From: Octopus bimaculoides
Lineage: Eukaryota
Direction of reading: 5' to 3'
Assembly (NCBI RefSeq): GCF_001194135.2
Contig: NC_068984.1
Location: 19,388,678 to 19,452,677 of the forward strand
DNA length: 64,000 nucleotides
The translations under genes were made by a program, and so were the position numbers. Positions 39,483 to 51,490 of this stretch are shown one piece after another; the first letter of the stretch is position 1; every line of letters begins with the position of its first letter. Under the pieces are notes generated by a model. It was not told where the DNA came from and did not search any database. It saw only the letters and a program-made list of their open reading frames with translations.

Positions 39483-40624
39483 CAAGATTTACGGAGGTGG
39501 CCAGAATGTGACAAATAAATGAATGAACAATAACTTAACGACCTTTTAACAACATCGTTGTCTAATACCGGCTTCCTCCTCTCACTACTCCCTACCACAC
39601 TTTTCTCCCCTCTAACACATTCATAATGTCAAACAAATTTTGCACGCATACACATGCATATACATGTGTGTATGTGTGTGTGCACGCACACGCACACACA
39701 CACACACAGATACACTTCAGAGTAGATATACATTGTTAGAAAGTTATACACAAGTGTTGACATCAACATTGATGACCCACCTTTAGTTTTGAACTTTTTG
39801 GAAAGATAGTAAATAGACTTTGGTCATTTAAATAAAACAAAAACAAAACTGTCACCACCACCACCACCACTACAACAATACAATCACTGAGTCGGTGGGT
39901 AAGGCCCTATGTATAGTTCAACATATTAGAAACAGCAGTCAAATCTAGCTCACACCACAATCTAAGTGTTAAGAAAAGAGGGATACATTGAATAATGTAA
40001 TCTGATAAAAGTATAGGATAGTCAAGGCTGGAATGACCTTTGATCAAAGATCTGCCTGCTCATGGTTGACCTGGGGTTAAACAACAACAACAACAACAAC
40101 AGTATACAATGCAATGAATGAGAGAACTTCAATATGGTTTCTTGATCTGCTAGAAACAGTAGGTGAGTCTTTAAAATTATAATCTACAGTCTTTAAAAAT
40201 TAGGAGATACTAAATAATGCTGTCTGGAATAACAGTTAAATCCCCTCTAAATCATATTCTGTCACCTTAAAAACAGGAAGGATAATTTGAATAATGTAGA
40301 TACCCCTAAAAACACAGGCTGGTCATGTTTTTTGTTTTATTATCTACACAGACAGGTGTGAAAATGCACCCAAAATCCCTTGAGACTCATTTCAACCCAA
40401 GGACACCAGATTTGTTTTGACACACTTGTTTTATAATTCTTGACTCTCATCAACATTATAACAAAACAACTAAACTTCCTTCTTCCTGGTTCTTTTCTAG
40501 AAAGCTTTAAATCTAATATTCAGATTGCATGGAGCTATTTTATGGTTTCCTACTTCCTTTTTCTATTTCTATTCTTCATGTTAATAATAATAACAATGAC
40601 GATGATGATGACGATGACGATGAT

Positions 40625-41232
40625 AAGGGAACACAAACCACCTCCAGTGCTTGAAAATGATCACATCTCACTCTTCTGGAACTTCACCATTCAAACTGAC
40701 AGAAAGATAGATGCAAATAAGCCAGACATTATATCGAAAGACTTCAGACAAAAATCATGCATCCTTATTGATATGACTGTCCCAACTGACATAAACATAT
40801 CTGTCAAAACCTACAAAAAACTGAGTATAAACATCTTGAAATAGAAACTGGCAAAATGTGGAACCTCAAGACTAAAACAATACCTGTTATCATAGATGTC
40901 CTAGGAATGATAGCAAAAGGGGCTGATTTCTACCTAGCTCAGATACCAGGAAACCCCAAAATGGTAGAAATTCAAAAGATAGTGCTCATGGGAACTGCCC
41001 ATATCCAATGTAAAATACTGTCTATGTAATCTCAAATTTTAAAACAAACTTATAATTTTCTTAAACATTCTCTAGAACAATATCATGTGCAAAACCAAAT
41101 ATATGACACTTGAGGTATAACACCAACATGAACTTCTAACTTGTTGTCTCCTGAGGTCTCTGGGTGATACTTGGAGTCAACTTGTACAAATGTAAAGCAA
41201 AAGTCGAACATATAATAATGATAATAATAATC
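40625..41232 (+). mobile_element. 5'-truncated R4/Dong-like non-LTR retrotransposon (restriction-like endonuclease domain and 3' UTR)
   Basis: VLENDHISLFWNFTIQTDRKIDANKPDI...LIDM...K..KY, then KTKTIPVII..LG; ends at a (TAA)n tail. Confidence 0.8.
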
Positions 41233-43853
41233 CTTTCTACTGGAGGCACAAAGCCTCAAATTTAGGGGGAAGGAACAAGTTGATTACATCAACCCCAGTA
41301 TACAACTGGTACTTAATCTATCAACTCTAAAAGGATGAAAAGCAAAGTCGACCTGGGAAGAATTTGAACTCAGAACATAACGGCAGACAAAATACCGCTA
41401 AGCATTTCACCTGGCATGCTAATGATTCAGCCAGCTTATTTCAGATATTGTAAATCTAAGACTACATGATCCAATGTGCTTTACCTTTTTAAGAAGGGGT
41501 GTGATTTGTGGAAGATTTTGCTTCTATATTGTAGCAGGTCAAACAATCACATACAGGCTCCTTTGCTGGCTTGTGAAGATGATGTCAGCTTGAACAGAGT
41601 AGATATATGATGAAAGTCATTCCAGTTGTGACCATCCCATAAATTTGTACATGTAAAACTGCATTGTATAATGTCCTTCCTCATTTTAAGACAGTAGTGC
41701 TTGGTGTAAAGAAAATTTGGCAGCTATTTCTAGCAGACAGAGCAACCATGCAAAGGCTCCTTTGATAGAAGTATTTAATGTCCTAATGACACTTGGTGAA
41801 AAGATATTTGCATATATAGATATACTAATATCTTTATCTGTCTGCCTTTCTCTCTCTTTACACACACACACACTCACAAGCACAAGCACACACATAACAC
41901 ACCTGTTGTTTATAATGGTTTATTGGTCAGCTGTGTCATTCACAGTTGAATGGTCAGTGATAAGCTGAATAATGTGCAATAAAAATAATTGAATGAAACC
42001 GCTGTTGCTTTCAGTGATGAGCTATTCACTCATTCCATCAATTGAATGACCTACTCTTTAAATTAATATACATGAAGTGGCTGAGTATTCCACGGGCATA
42101 CCATATATCCCTTATGTAATTCTCAGGGAGAATTTAACATGACATACCATGTGACAAAACTGGACCTTTAGATTACATATATAACCTATTTGATGGGATT
42201 TCAATAGTCTCTGTCCACCTAATTTTATTCACAAGGTTTAGGTCAACGTGAGGCTATAGAATAAGATGCATGTCAAAGACCTATTGCAATGGGATTGAAC
42301 TTGAGGCTTCATGATGGCAAAGCAAGTGTCTTAACCATTTGGCCATACTAAGTCCAGAGTAGGATGGTTATGTACAATAAAATTACCTGTTGGAATCTTG
42401 TAAGCGCCAGGTGAGAATTTTGACACTTGATAATTCAAGATCTTACTGAGCTTCCAGGTTGCTAACGAACCAACACAGACGATTTGTCTATAGGGATCAA
42501 ATGTTTGTGCAGTATGTTAGGTCACTCCTTTCATCAAATTGACATGGACTGTAAAAGTGCACGATGTGCCACAAGTCACATGTTGAAGTGATTACAGACC
42601 AAATTGAGAATATCAGGCTTGGCCTACCAACTGTAACAGTTAATACCCTAATTATCCCATCCATGGGATCCAGCAGGAAATATTAAATGTATGTTTTAAG
42701 ATGTAATATAAACTAGTGAATTATCATTTACACTTTAAATAAATATCATCATAACTTTCCCCACCACCACCACCTATCAACATGTATGTTTTAACATTCA
42801 TAACTACATGCTGGGGATGGGTCAGCTAAGAGGACCAACAGTGTTACATATCCCTGAGCAAAGCAATGCATTAGAACCTATATTTATTTCTTGACAGCAT
42901 CCATAGATTAGCAATGGGCTCCTAGACACTGATTGGTCAGTGTGCCCATGCTTTAAGATGGCACTGTTAGCCAGGTTTTTCATAGAACACACTGCTTGTT
43001 GACTCTGTCCTTTTTTTTAATATATATTTTAGTTCCTTTTATTTTGATTTCTTTTGACTTTTTGTGTTTTGGTTTCAAATTGCACCAAGGTCACCTTTAC
43101 ATTTCATACTACTTGGATTGATAAAATGAAGTACCAGTCTAGACTGGTGGATTGGTAGAATCATTAGAGCATCAGGTAGAATACTTTATTGTGACTGTTC
43201 TACCTGTTTGAGTTCTGAGTTCAAATCTTACCATGGCTTACTTTGGTGATAAATTTACTTTACCATCTGGACTCCTTCACAAAATGCAAGAATTTGGATC
43301 AGGTCTCTGATCTGAGGATACTTTTCCTCTCTCGCACCATTCTCAGACACTCTAGCTTCCCAACCACAAGGTTCCAGGTTCAATCTCACTGTGTGGAATT
43401 TTGGCAAGTGTCTTCTATTATAGCGTTAGGCTGACCAAAGTCTTGTGAGTGGATTTAGTAGACGGAAACTGAAAAAAGCCAGTCATATGTGTGTGTGTGT
43501 GTGTGTGTGTATGTGTTTGTCCTGCACCACTGCTGGACAACCAGTGCCGGTTTGTTTACATCCCTATAATGTATCGATCTTAAAAAAGTTTTGGGAGTTG
43601 ATTCGTTTGACTAAAAACTCTTCAAGGCAGTGCTCCAGCATGGCCAGAGTCTAATGACTGAAATGAGTGAAATAAAAGAAAGTAAAAGAAAAATACTGGT
43701 ATCAGATATAACCCATTCTTCCCAACTGCACAGATACCTCCCTTTGGTAGCACCCTTATCCACACCACACTAAACAGCCATTCCTATCACATGTCCCTAG
43801 CAGCACAGGCTTTTATCCAGCACCTTTCAACTGATGCCTGACTAGCTGTTTGG

Positions 43854-44079
43854 TTAACCCTTAGATACCAACCCAGCTAAAACTGCTTCTGGCTCTCTAG
43901 TACAAATGTCTTATTTTCATAAGTTCTGAATTAAAATCTTCCACCAAACCTTAGTCACAATTTATGTTCCTAACACTAGCTTAATAATTCAGTTGTTTTA
44001 CGAAATACTTTGTTATATTTAAAATTAATTGAAAGAAACACAGAGCATTTCAACAGAAATATGATAACAAAAGGGTTAA
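43854..44079. mobile_element. piggyBac-like TTAA-flanked MITE, family 2 (inverted copy at 21040-21261)
   Basis: ttaaccct...aaagggttaa termini; bodies are reverse-complement similar. Confidence 0.65.
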
Positions 44080-44654
44080 ATTACTTTTGTTGATTCTGTG
44101 TTTCAGAGATGCAATTACACTCTGTACCATGGATACTGAAACACCTTGTTAACACCCATTGTTTGCACTGTGAACACAGTAAGAAGTTTATGCTTGCTTC
44201 ATTCTTACATTCAGATCAAGACTCCTTCATAAAAGATTGCACTGAGGTTTCACACTTTTATCAGTTATTACTTGTGCTTTTGGCATGATGAGATTTAATT
44301 CTATGAAATGTAAACCAATTCTTTCAAATTTCTATAATTTTCTATGACAGTGACGGTCTCTACTATGGAAACTAAATCATTGGAATATGAAATTTGTCAA
44401 AGAAACAAGATATGGACTTTTATGTTGTCACAAAAGAAAGTTAAACAACAGAGTCTGTAGGAATTGAACACATCCAGGCATAGGAGTGACTGTGTGGTTA
44501 AGACGCTTGCTTCCCAGCCATGTGGTCTTGGGTTCAGTCTCACTGTGCAGTACCTTGGGCAAGTGTCTTCTATTATAACCCTAGGCTGACCAATGACGTG
44601 TGAGCAAATTGGGTAGATAGAAATTGAAAGAAGTCTGTAACATATATATTTTAA

Positions 44655-44989
44655 GACCCCTTTCGGTCATGAATGACCATGGGATTGCACCTAAGAAGTT
44701 ACCTGCCGATGCACAAGTCCAGGCAAGATTGTTTTATGGAGGACCAGCAGTCCCCCATGCATACCAGCCTCCCCTCCGCATGCCACTGATGTTATCCAAG
44801 GGAAAGGCAAAGACTGATACAACTTGGCACTAGTGACATCACAACTCATTTCTACAGCTGAGTGAACTGGAACAATGTGAAATAAAGTGTCTTGCTCAAC
44901 GATACAGCATACAGCCTGGTCGAGGAATTGAACTCACTACCTCATGATTGTGAGCCCAATGCTCTAACCACTGAGCCATGCGCCTTCAC
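44655..44989 (-). mobile_element. tRNA-head SINE (family F; related copies ~1420-1640, 20118-20420, 24600-24902)
   Basis: Head gtgaaggcgcatggctcagtggttagagc and core ttgagcaagacactttatttcacattgttccagttcactcagctg. Confidence 0.7.
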
Positions 44990-45034
44990 TAACATATGTG
45001 TGTGTGTGCATGTATAGATAGATATAAATACATG

Positions 45035-45080
<46 letters not shown>

Positions 45081-45179
45081 CGTACACACACACACACACA
45101 CACAAATTATCGTTTAAATTATGCAAAAATGAAAATAACACTGACATCCTATTTTAACAGATATATTTACCAAAATTAC

Positions 45180-45830
45180 ATAAAAGTATCTTGAAATACT
45201 AAACAGTAAATTTATTCAATAAAATCGCCATTGGCGTCAACCAGACGACTTTGGAATCTCCTGCAACTCTTCTGGACGTTCTCCTTGTTTAAGTTGGTGA
45301 ATGCTGCCATAATCCTTGCCTTCAGTTCATCCTTGGTGTTACAAGGAGTTTTGTTGGTCTCTCGCCCAACTGCACACCACACATAATAATCAAGGGGGTT
45401 GTGGTGTGGGGAGTTAGGTGGCCAGATGTTAGCGGTCATGTTAGGGAAATTGTTCGACAGTCATAACTGGGTTCTCCTGCTTGCCTGGCGTGGGTTAGAG
45501 TCCTGTGCCAGAAATAGGGTCTTCCAGCAGCCACCCTCTTGACCCAGGGCAGCACTACCTCCTCTACACACTTGATGTAGGCCTCGGTGTTGAGTCTGAG
45601 GCCATGTGGAAAGATGAATGGAGGCATAACTCTGCCATCACTATTGAACACTCCAAACACCCTGATGTTGACTGGATGTTTGATTTTTATCACTCTCGGT
45701 ACATGTCCTCAGATTGATACCGAAACACTATGAAATGGTCATATTGGAGCTTCTGGCACGAATACCAAGCAGTACAGCACAACGTTTCCAAATTTCTGAC
45801 AGAGTGAATTGTATCATGGTGCTGTTTTTC
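45180..45830 (-). mobile_element. Decayed Tc1/mariner transposase, maT/DD37D-like; frameshifted
   Basis: ORFs 45436-45693 (VFGVFNSDGRVMPPFIFPHGLRLNTEAYIK..EEVVLPW) and 45212-45439 (WPPNSP..NPLDYYVW...KDELKARI). Confidence 0.85.
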
Positions 45831-45931
45831 TTGCAGATGGTGCCCAACTGATCCTACTATACTGTGTAGTCAACAAAATCAAAAACAAACAAAGCACATA
45901 CACAAAATTAAAACCTCGTATATTGTTTTCC

Positions 45932-45995
<64 letters not shown>

Positions 45996-47329
45996 GTGTG
46001 TGTGTGTGTGTGTGTGATGTTTGTGTGTGTGATGTTTGTGTGTGTGTATGTACTTGTCTTGACATGTGATGATTGTAAACAAGCACCACTGTCATACAAG
46101 CTGTGTTGTTTCTTCTTGTCTTCCATAGGGAAATGTTACCTTGTTTGGAAACAGATGAGTGTTGGTGACGAGAAGGGCATCCAGCTGTAGAAAATGTGAC
46201 TCGAAAAATTTCACTTGCTTCATGGAGGCATTGAAAAGTGAACATTAAGAATGATATGATGAAAATGATGATGATGAGGATGATGATCCTTTAGTTTCTG
46301 GTGAAAATGCAAAGTTTTGTGCATTCTTAGAAATACAGTCCACCAATTTATTCTTAATCTATATTTTCCTGTTTACAGTTCCGGCTTCAAACTCATGCAA
46401 CAAGGTTTGAAGATAATAAAATATGTATCAGCACAGGCACATATATACTGCAGCCATATCATCAGATAACACAGAGAGTGGAGTAGACTGGCACAAACAT
46501 ATTGTGATAAGCTCAATGCTAATTTCTAATTGAAAAATAAGAATATCACACCATTCATGCTATAAGCAGAGAATGCAGAAAATAGAATGTACATATATGC
46601 CATACACGCGATAACCGAGAGTTTGGAATCAAACCCCCACACAATACACACATACATTCACATACATGCATAAATACATATCTATATTTACACATACATA
46701 TATATATCTATATATACACATAAGTACATACATGTATACATTCACACACACACATCTATACCTGCATATATACATGCATACATACATATATGTATGTATA
46801 TATAGGTATGTACATATGTAGGTATGTACATATATGCATGGATATATGCATATATCTATATATTTATATTATTATATGTATATATACACAGATATATACA
46901 AACAGATATACATGCAGATATATATATACACAGACACACACATACATATATATCTATATATGTAAACATACACATATTTACGTAATCACACGTACATATT
47001 TAGGCCTGTAAACAAGCAAGCAGAGAAACACACACACACACACAACTATGTAGATACAAAGAGATAGCCACAAAACACAAACGTAATTCTTAACAAGATT
47101 TATTATTTCATAATAGATTAAACAGCCAATATGCTCAGAATAAACTAATTGATTAATTAAAAAACACAAAATCTTTAGAGTTTTACAGTTTCCATAACAT
47201 AAGTATTACTATTGTCAATAATAACACAATTCTTTAAGCATTATTTACCAATAATTCTTTTATTAATCAGTTCAAACAAATGTGTATGTAATGGTAATTG
47301 AATGTATGTATTTCTGTATACATAAACAT

Positions 47330-47416
<87 letters not shown>

Positions 47417-48009
47417 GATGTATATATATACATACACATGCATGTACATATATATATATCAGGAATACTTTAAAAAAATTGGAATAAATCTCAAACAAGC
47501 ATAATTAGATCACATTCTTGTAAATATAATCTACCACAATCTTCTAAAAATATTGAAAATTCGAATTGAATGCTTCGTTTTGGAAAATTAGATACTTTCA
47601 TAAAATGAATTACAAAATAATAGAATAAAAAGAGAAAAACATAGCAATGAATATTTGAGATACTGGACTAATGACCAAGAAATGCAGGGTTCAAATTCTG
47701 ACATACACATTACGTTCTTTGTTATGTATATTATTTAATTTCTTTCAATCAATCAAGCTTCAAATAATACACATACACACATGTATATTCTTCTATTCTT
47801 TTACTCGTTTCAGTCATATGACTGTGGCCATGCTAGAGCACCACTATAAAGGATTTTTCTCGAAGAAATCAACCCTAGGACTTATTCATTGTAAGCCTAG
47901 CACTTATTCTATTGGACTCTTTTGTTGAACTGCTATGTTACAGAGATGTAAACACACCAACATTGGTTGTCAAGCAATGGTGGTTGGGACTAACACAGAC
48001 ACACAAACA

Positions 48010-48075
<66 letters not shown>

Positions 48076-48077
<2 letters not shown>

Positions 48078-48366
48078 GTGGTGGACTGGCCAGGCTGCTA
48101 GCTTGCCCCATGGCAAGTGGACCCCTGTGCCATTAGAATCTATATATGGGGGCCCATTTTAGTATCTAAGGGGCCCACCCCCTCAAATTTGAAAATTTTT
48201 TATTCACTCCTGGAAGAATGCATTAATTATTTCAGCCTGGCTGTGTTTGTAGACAGTTGAAAAGAATACTTTTAACAGAAAAAAAAATTAAATGTTAGTA
48301 CTATAGTTGTGGGTAGGCCTCCTTAGTCTCCTGGCAACCAATATTTTTAGACCCAGTCTGCCACTA
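48076..48366. mobile_element. hAT-like MITE, copy 2, inserted in (TA)n
   Basis: TIR cagtggtggactgg/ccagtctgccacta; flanks tatatata/tatacata. Confidence 0.75.
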
Positions 48367-49302
48367 TATACATATATATATATATGAGGTTAATAAAATA
48401 TGTATCAGTAAAGAAGCACACTCCAAAGAATAGAGCAGTAATTATTACATCAAAAATTTTAATTTTCTACATTGCAGATATGAGGAAATGCTCAGAAATT
48501 GAGATTTAAGTCTTAACATATAAAAACATTAATGAGGATGGGTTGTCTCTCCTGAACCAGAGGATAAAATAACTCTTATAGACCCCCCCCCCCAAAAAAA
48601 AAGCCCAAGGTTATAGTAGAAGACACTTGCTCAAAATGCCATGCAGTGGGACTGAACCGGGAACCATGTGGCTGGGAAGCATGCTTCTTTCTACACAGCC
48701 ACGCCTGTGCGTATACATGTACAAAGTGGCAATCTTTTGGTTATAATGACAGATATTCCAGTTGATCTGATCAATGGAACAGACTACTCATAAAATTAGT
48801 GGTTAGGGTGTTAGGCTCACAATCATACAGTTGAGAGTTCAATTCCTGAGCTGATTAACATGTTACATCCTTGAGCAAGGTGGTACTTTATGCTCAAGAT
48901 GCTACAGTCAATTCAGCTGGGAATTTGGTAGATGGAAAATGTGTGGAAGCATGTTGTATATGTGTATAGATAGATATGTGTATGAGTCTGTGTGTTTCTT
49001 TGTGGGGTTTTTTGTTTGCCCTGCCCCATACACTTGACAATCAATGTTGGTTTATTTACTTCCCTGTAAAGAGATTGACAGAATAAGCATCAGGCTTAAA
49101 AAGAAAAAAAAACTGGGGCTGATTTGTTTGGCTAAACTCCTTCAAGCAGTGCCCCAGCATGGCTACAGTCTAATGACTGAAACAGGTAAAAGATAAAAAA
49201 AGAATTTGGAGTTAAAGTTCAATTCATTCGAGCACCATTTTGTGTTTTCCATACTGAGCATATCTAGTTCTCATCTATTGTCTGTATATGTATGCATGTG
49301 CA

Positions 49303-49350
<48 letters not shown>

Positions 49351-51032
49351 GGGACCAAAACTCCTGGCAGTTTGCTGTGCTTGAAAAGACTTGTCAAGCT
49401 AAGTAAAAGCATGGTTGCTCTTGCATACAGGCTTATCCCTTGCAACCCTCTCTGGCTGAGCATCCTTAATCTTGTGGACTTGTAAGTGTTGGTGCCACAT
49501 AAAAAGCACCCATGCCAGTGCTGTGGAAAAGCAGCTAGTACACTCTGTAAAGTGGTTGGCATTAAGAAGGGCATCCAGCCATAGAAACCATGTCAGAACA
49601 GCCATGGAACCTGAACAGTCTTTCAGCTGGTCAGCTCCTGTCAAACCATGATGATGATGATATATATTTATATATGATTAAAAGCTCTGTTCAGATATTC
49701 AATGAAACTTTTAAAGGGTTGTAAAACTCAAGTGCTTGTAATTCCAGCACTGTATAGGAGGACTCTGAAATTTTGTCTATGCTCAGTAGAAAATATAATC
49801 AAAAATATAAGGAGTTGTGTATTACAAAACACGTGTATATTAATTTGAAAGTGAGTATACAGCTATAATTATCTCATATTTGAAAATTATTTGAAATAAA
49901 AATAAACTGAAATATTTCATTCCAGTTAAAAACAGATACATTTTTAATATGTCTTTAAAATGCCTTTCAATATGTCTGTGAATGGAATGTTTGGTTGGTT
50001 TGTGGGGATTGCAATATATTACAGGAATTTTTTAATCAGTCATTTTCTATTTAAAATTTTTTGAAATCAATATGCAGAGAGTGGAATATTTTCAGCTTTG
50101 TGGATTGAGTGAAAGAGAATAATTTTCTTGTATTTATAGACACTACCAAATACCATTGACAAAGTTTGAACTTGTGAATTTCTTGCATCGACAGTCCAAT
50201 ATCTCATATGTAATGTCATTCTGCCTACTTGATGTTATTTGTGTAACAAAAAATACCCACACATCACAAGAGTGAATAAATAAAATCATGGAAATGAATT
50301 TCTAAAATCCACAAAGGATATGAATGTCAGAATATATTAATAGTAAAATAATGTAAATTAAACACCATTCTCAGCAGTAATCAATCAAGGATAAAAGAAT
50401 TTTTGCAGAAAACATAAAATATTGATAATTGTCATAATTTTTCAACATTATGTAGAAAATCAAAGGTTTTGATGAAATTTATTTCATGTGGCATTCTAAA
50501 AATTATCAAACGACTGACTTATGTTCCACCACAAAAGGTGTTCAATAAATGATTTGAAAAATATTGTATATTGTAAAAATTAAAAACAAACAAAGAAAAA
50601 AGGTCTTAGTTTACTGCATTGAAATTAGGATCATATAACACAGAGAATTGATTTTCTATAAAATATATAGAATATTATTGTAAACAACCCTTCTAGAAAT
50701 AGAAAACAAAAATATTTCTTTACTTTTCAAGAGCATTATAAATATAAAAAAAATATTGCCATGAGTTAATAACATGCTCTTGAATGGAATGTATCATCAA
50801 CACAGTATAGATAATATTATTAGGTACCCTGTTATTGTTCTCTTACAGAGAGCAAAGGGGCCTATAAAAGCTTTGAATATAAGTTAGTAACAATAAAAGT
50901 ATCAAAATATCTCAAGTGTTCTATAAAAGACCAGGATGGAATGTTTAGACAGTAAAGTGTACTCAATTTTATCAATACACAAGTATTATATAAGTGTGTA
51001 TTCAAGTGTGTGCATATATTTATTGATATACG

Positions 51033-51064
51033 GCATATGAAAATTACAAGCTGGCCACATATTT

Positions 51065-51148
<84 letters not shown>

Positions 51149-51221
51149 CTATACATATATGGAAATTTGTGATATATATATATATATGGAAATTTGTGGC
51201 CAGTTTGTAATTTTCATATGC
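51033..51221. repeat. ~190-bp palindrome: ~40-bp inverted arms around (TA)n
   Basis: gcatatgaaaattacaagctggccacatatttccatat versus atatggaaatttgtggccagtttgtaattttcatatgc (2 mismatches). Confidence 0.9.
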
Positions 51222-51222
51222 T

Positions 51223-51490
51223 ATTGAAAATTACCTAAATTGAACCTGGCTGGAGAGTAATTTTCTAAAAATATTGAAAATTGCTGAAATATGATATGGA
51301 CGGAGAATAATTTTCATACAGTATTGTAAATTACCGACATATAATATGGACGGAGAATAATTTTCATATAATATTGTAAATTACCAAAATAAGAAATGGA
51401 TGGAGAGTAATTTTCATACATTACTGAAAATTACTAAAACAGGATGTGGACAGAGAGCAATTTTTTCATAAATGTTGGAAAAATTACCAA
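51223..51490 (+). repeat. Degenerate ~50-bp tandem repeat, about 5 units
   Basis: Unit attg(t/a)aaattacc...atggacggaga(a/g)taattttcata. Confidence 0.85.

Noticed and set aside
42387-42487. Open 101-nt AG...GT segment QIVCVGSLATWKLSKIL...
   Set aside because: Phases 2->1 match no neighbouring exon and the peptide is unrecognisable.
46379-46404. Plus-strand 26-nt microexon-like signal (tttacag|...aag|gtttga)
   Set aside because: No other plus-strand exons to connect to; expected by chance.
51223-51490. Regularly spaced repeats superficially like a CRISPR array
   Set aside because: Eukaryotic context, degenerate whole-unit tandem repeats without unique spacers, and no cas genes.
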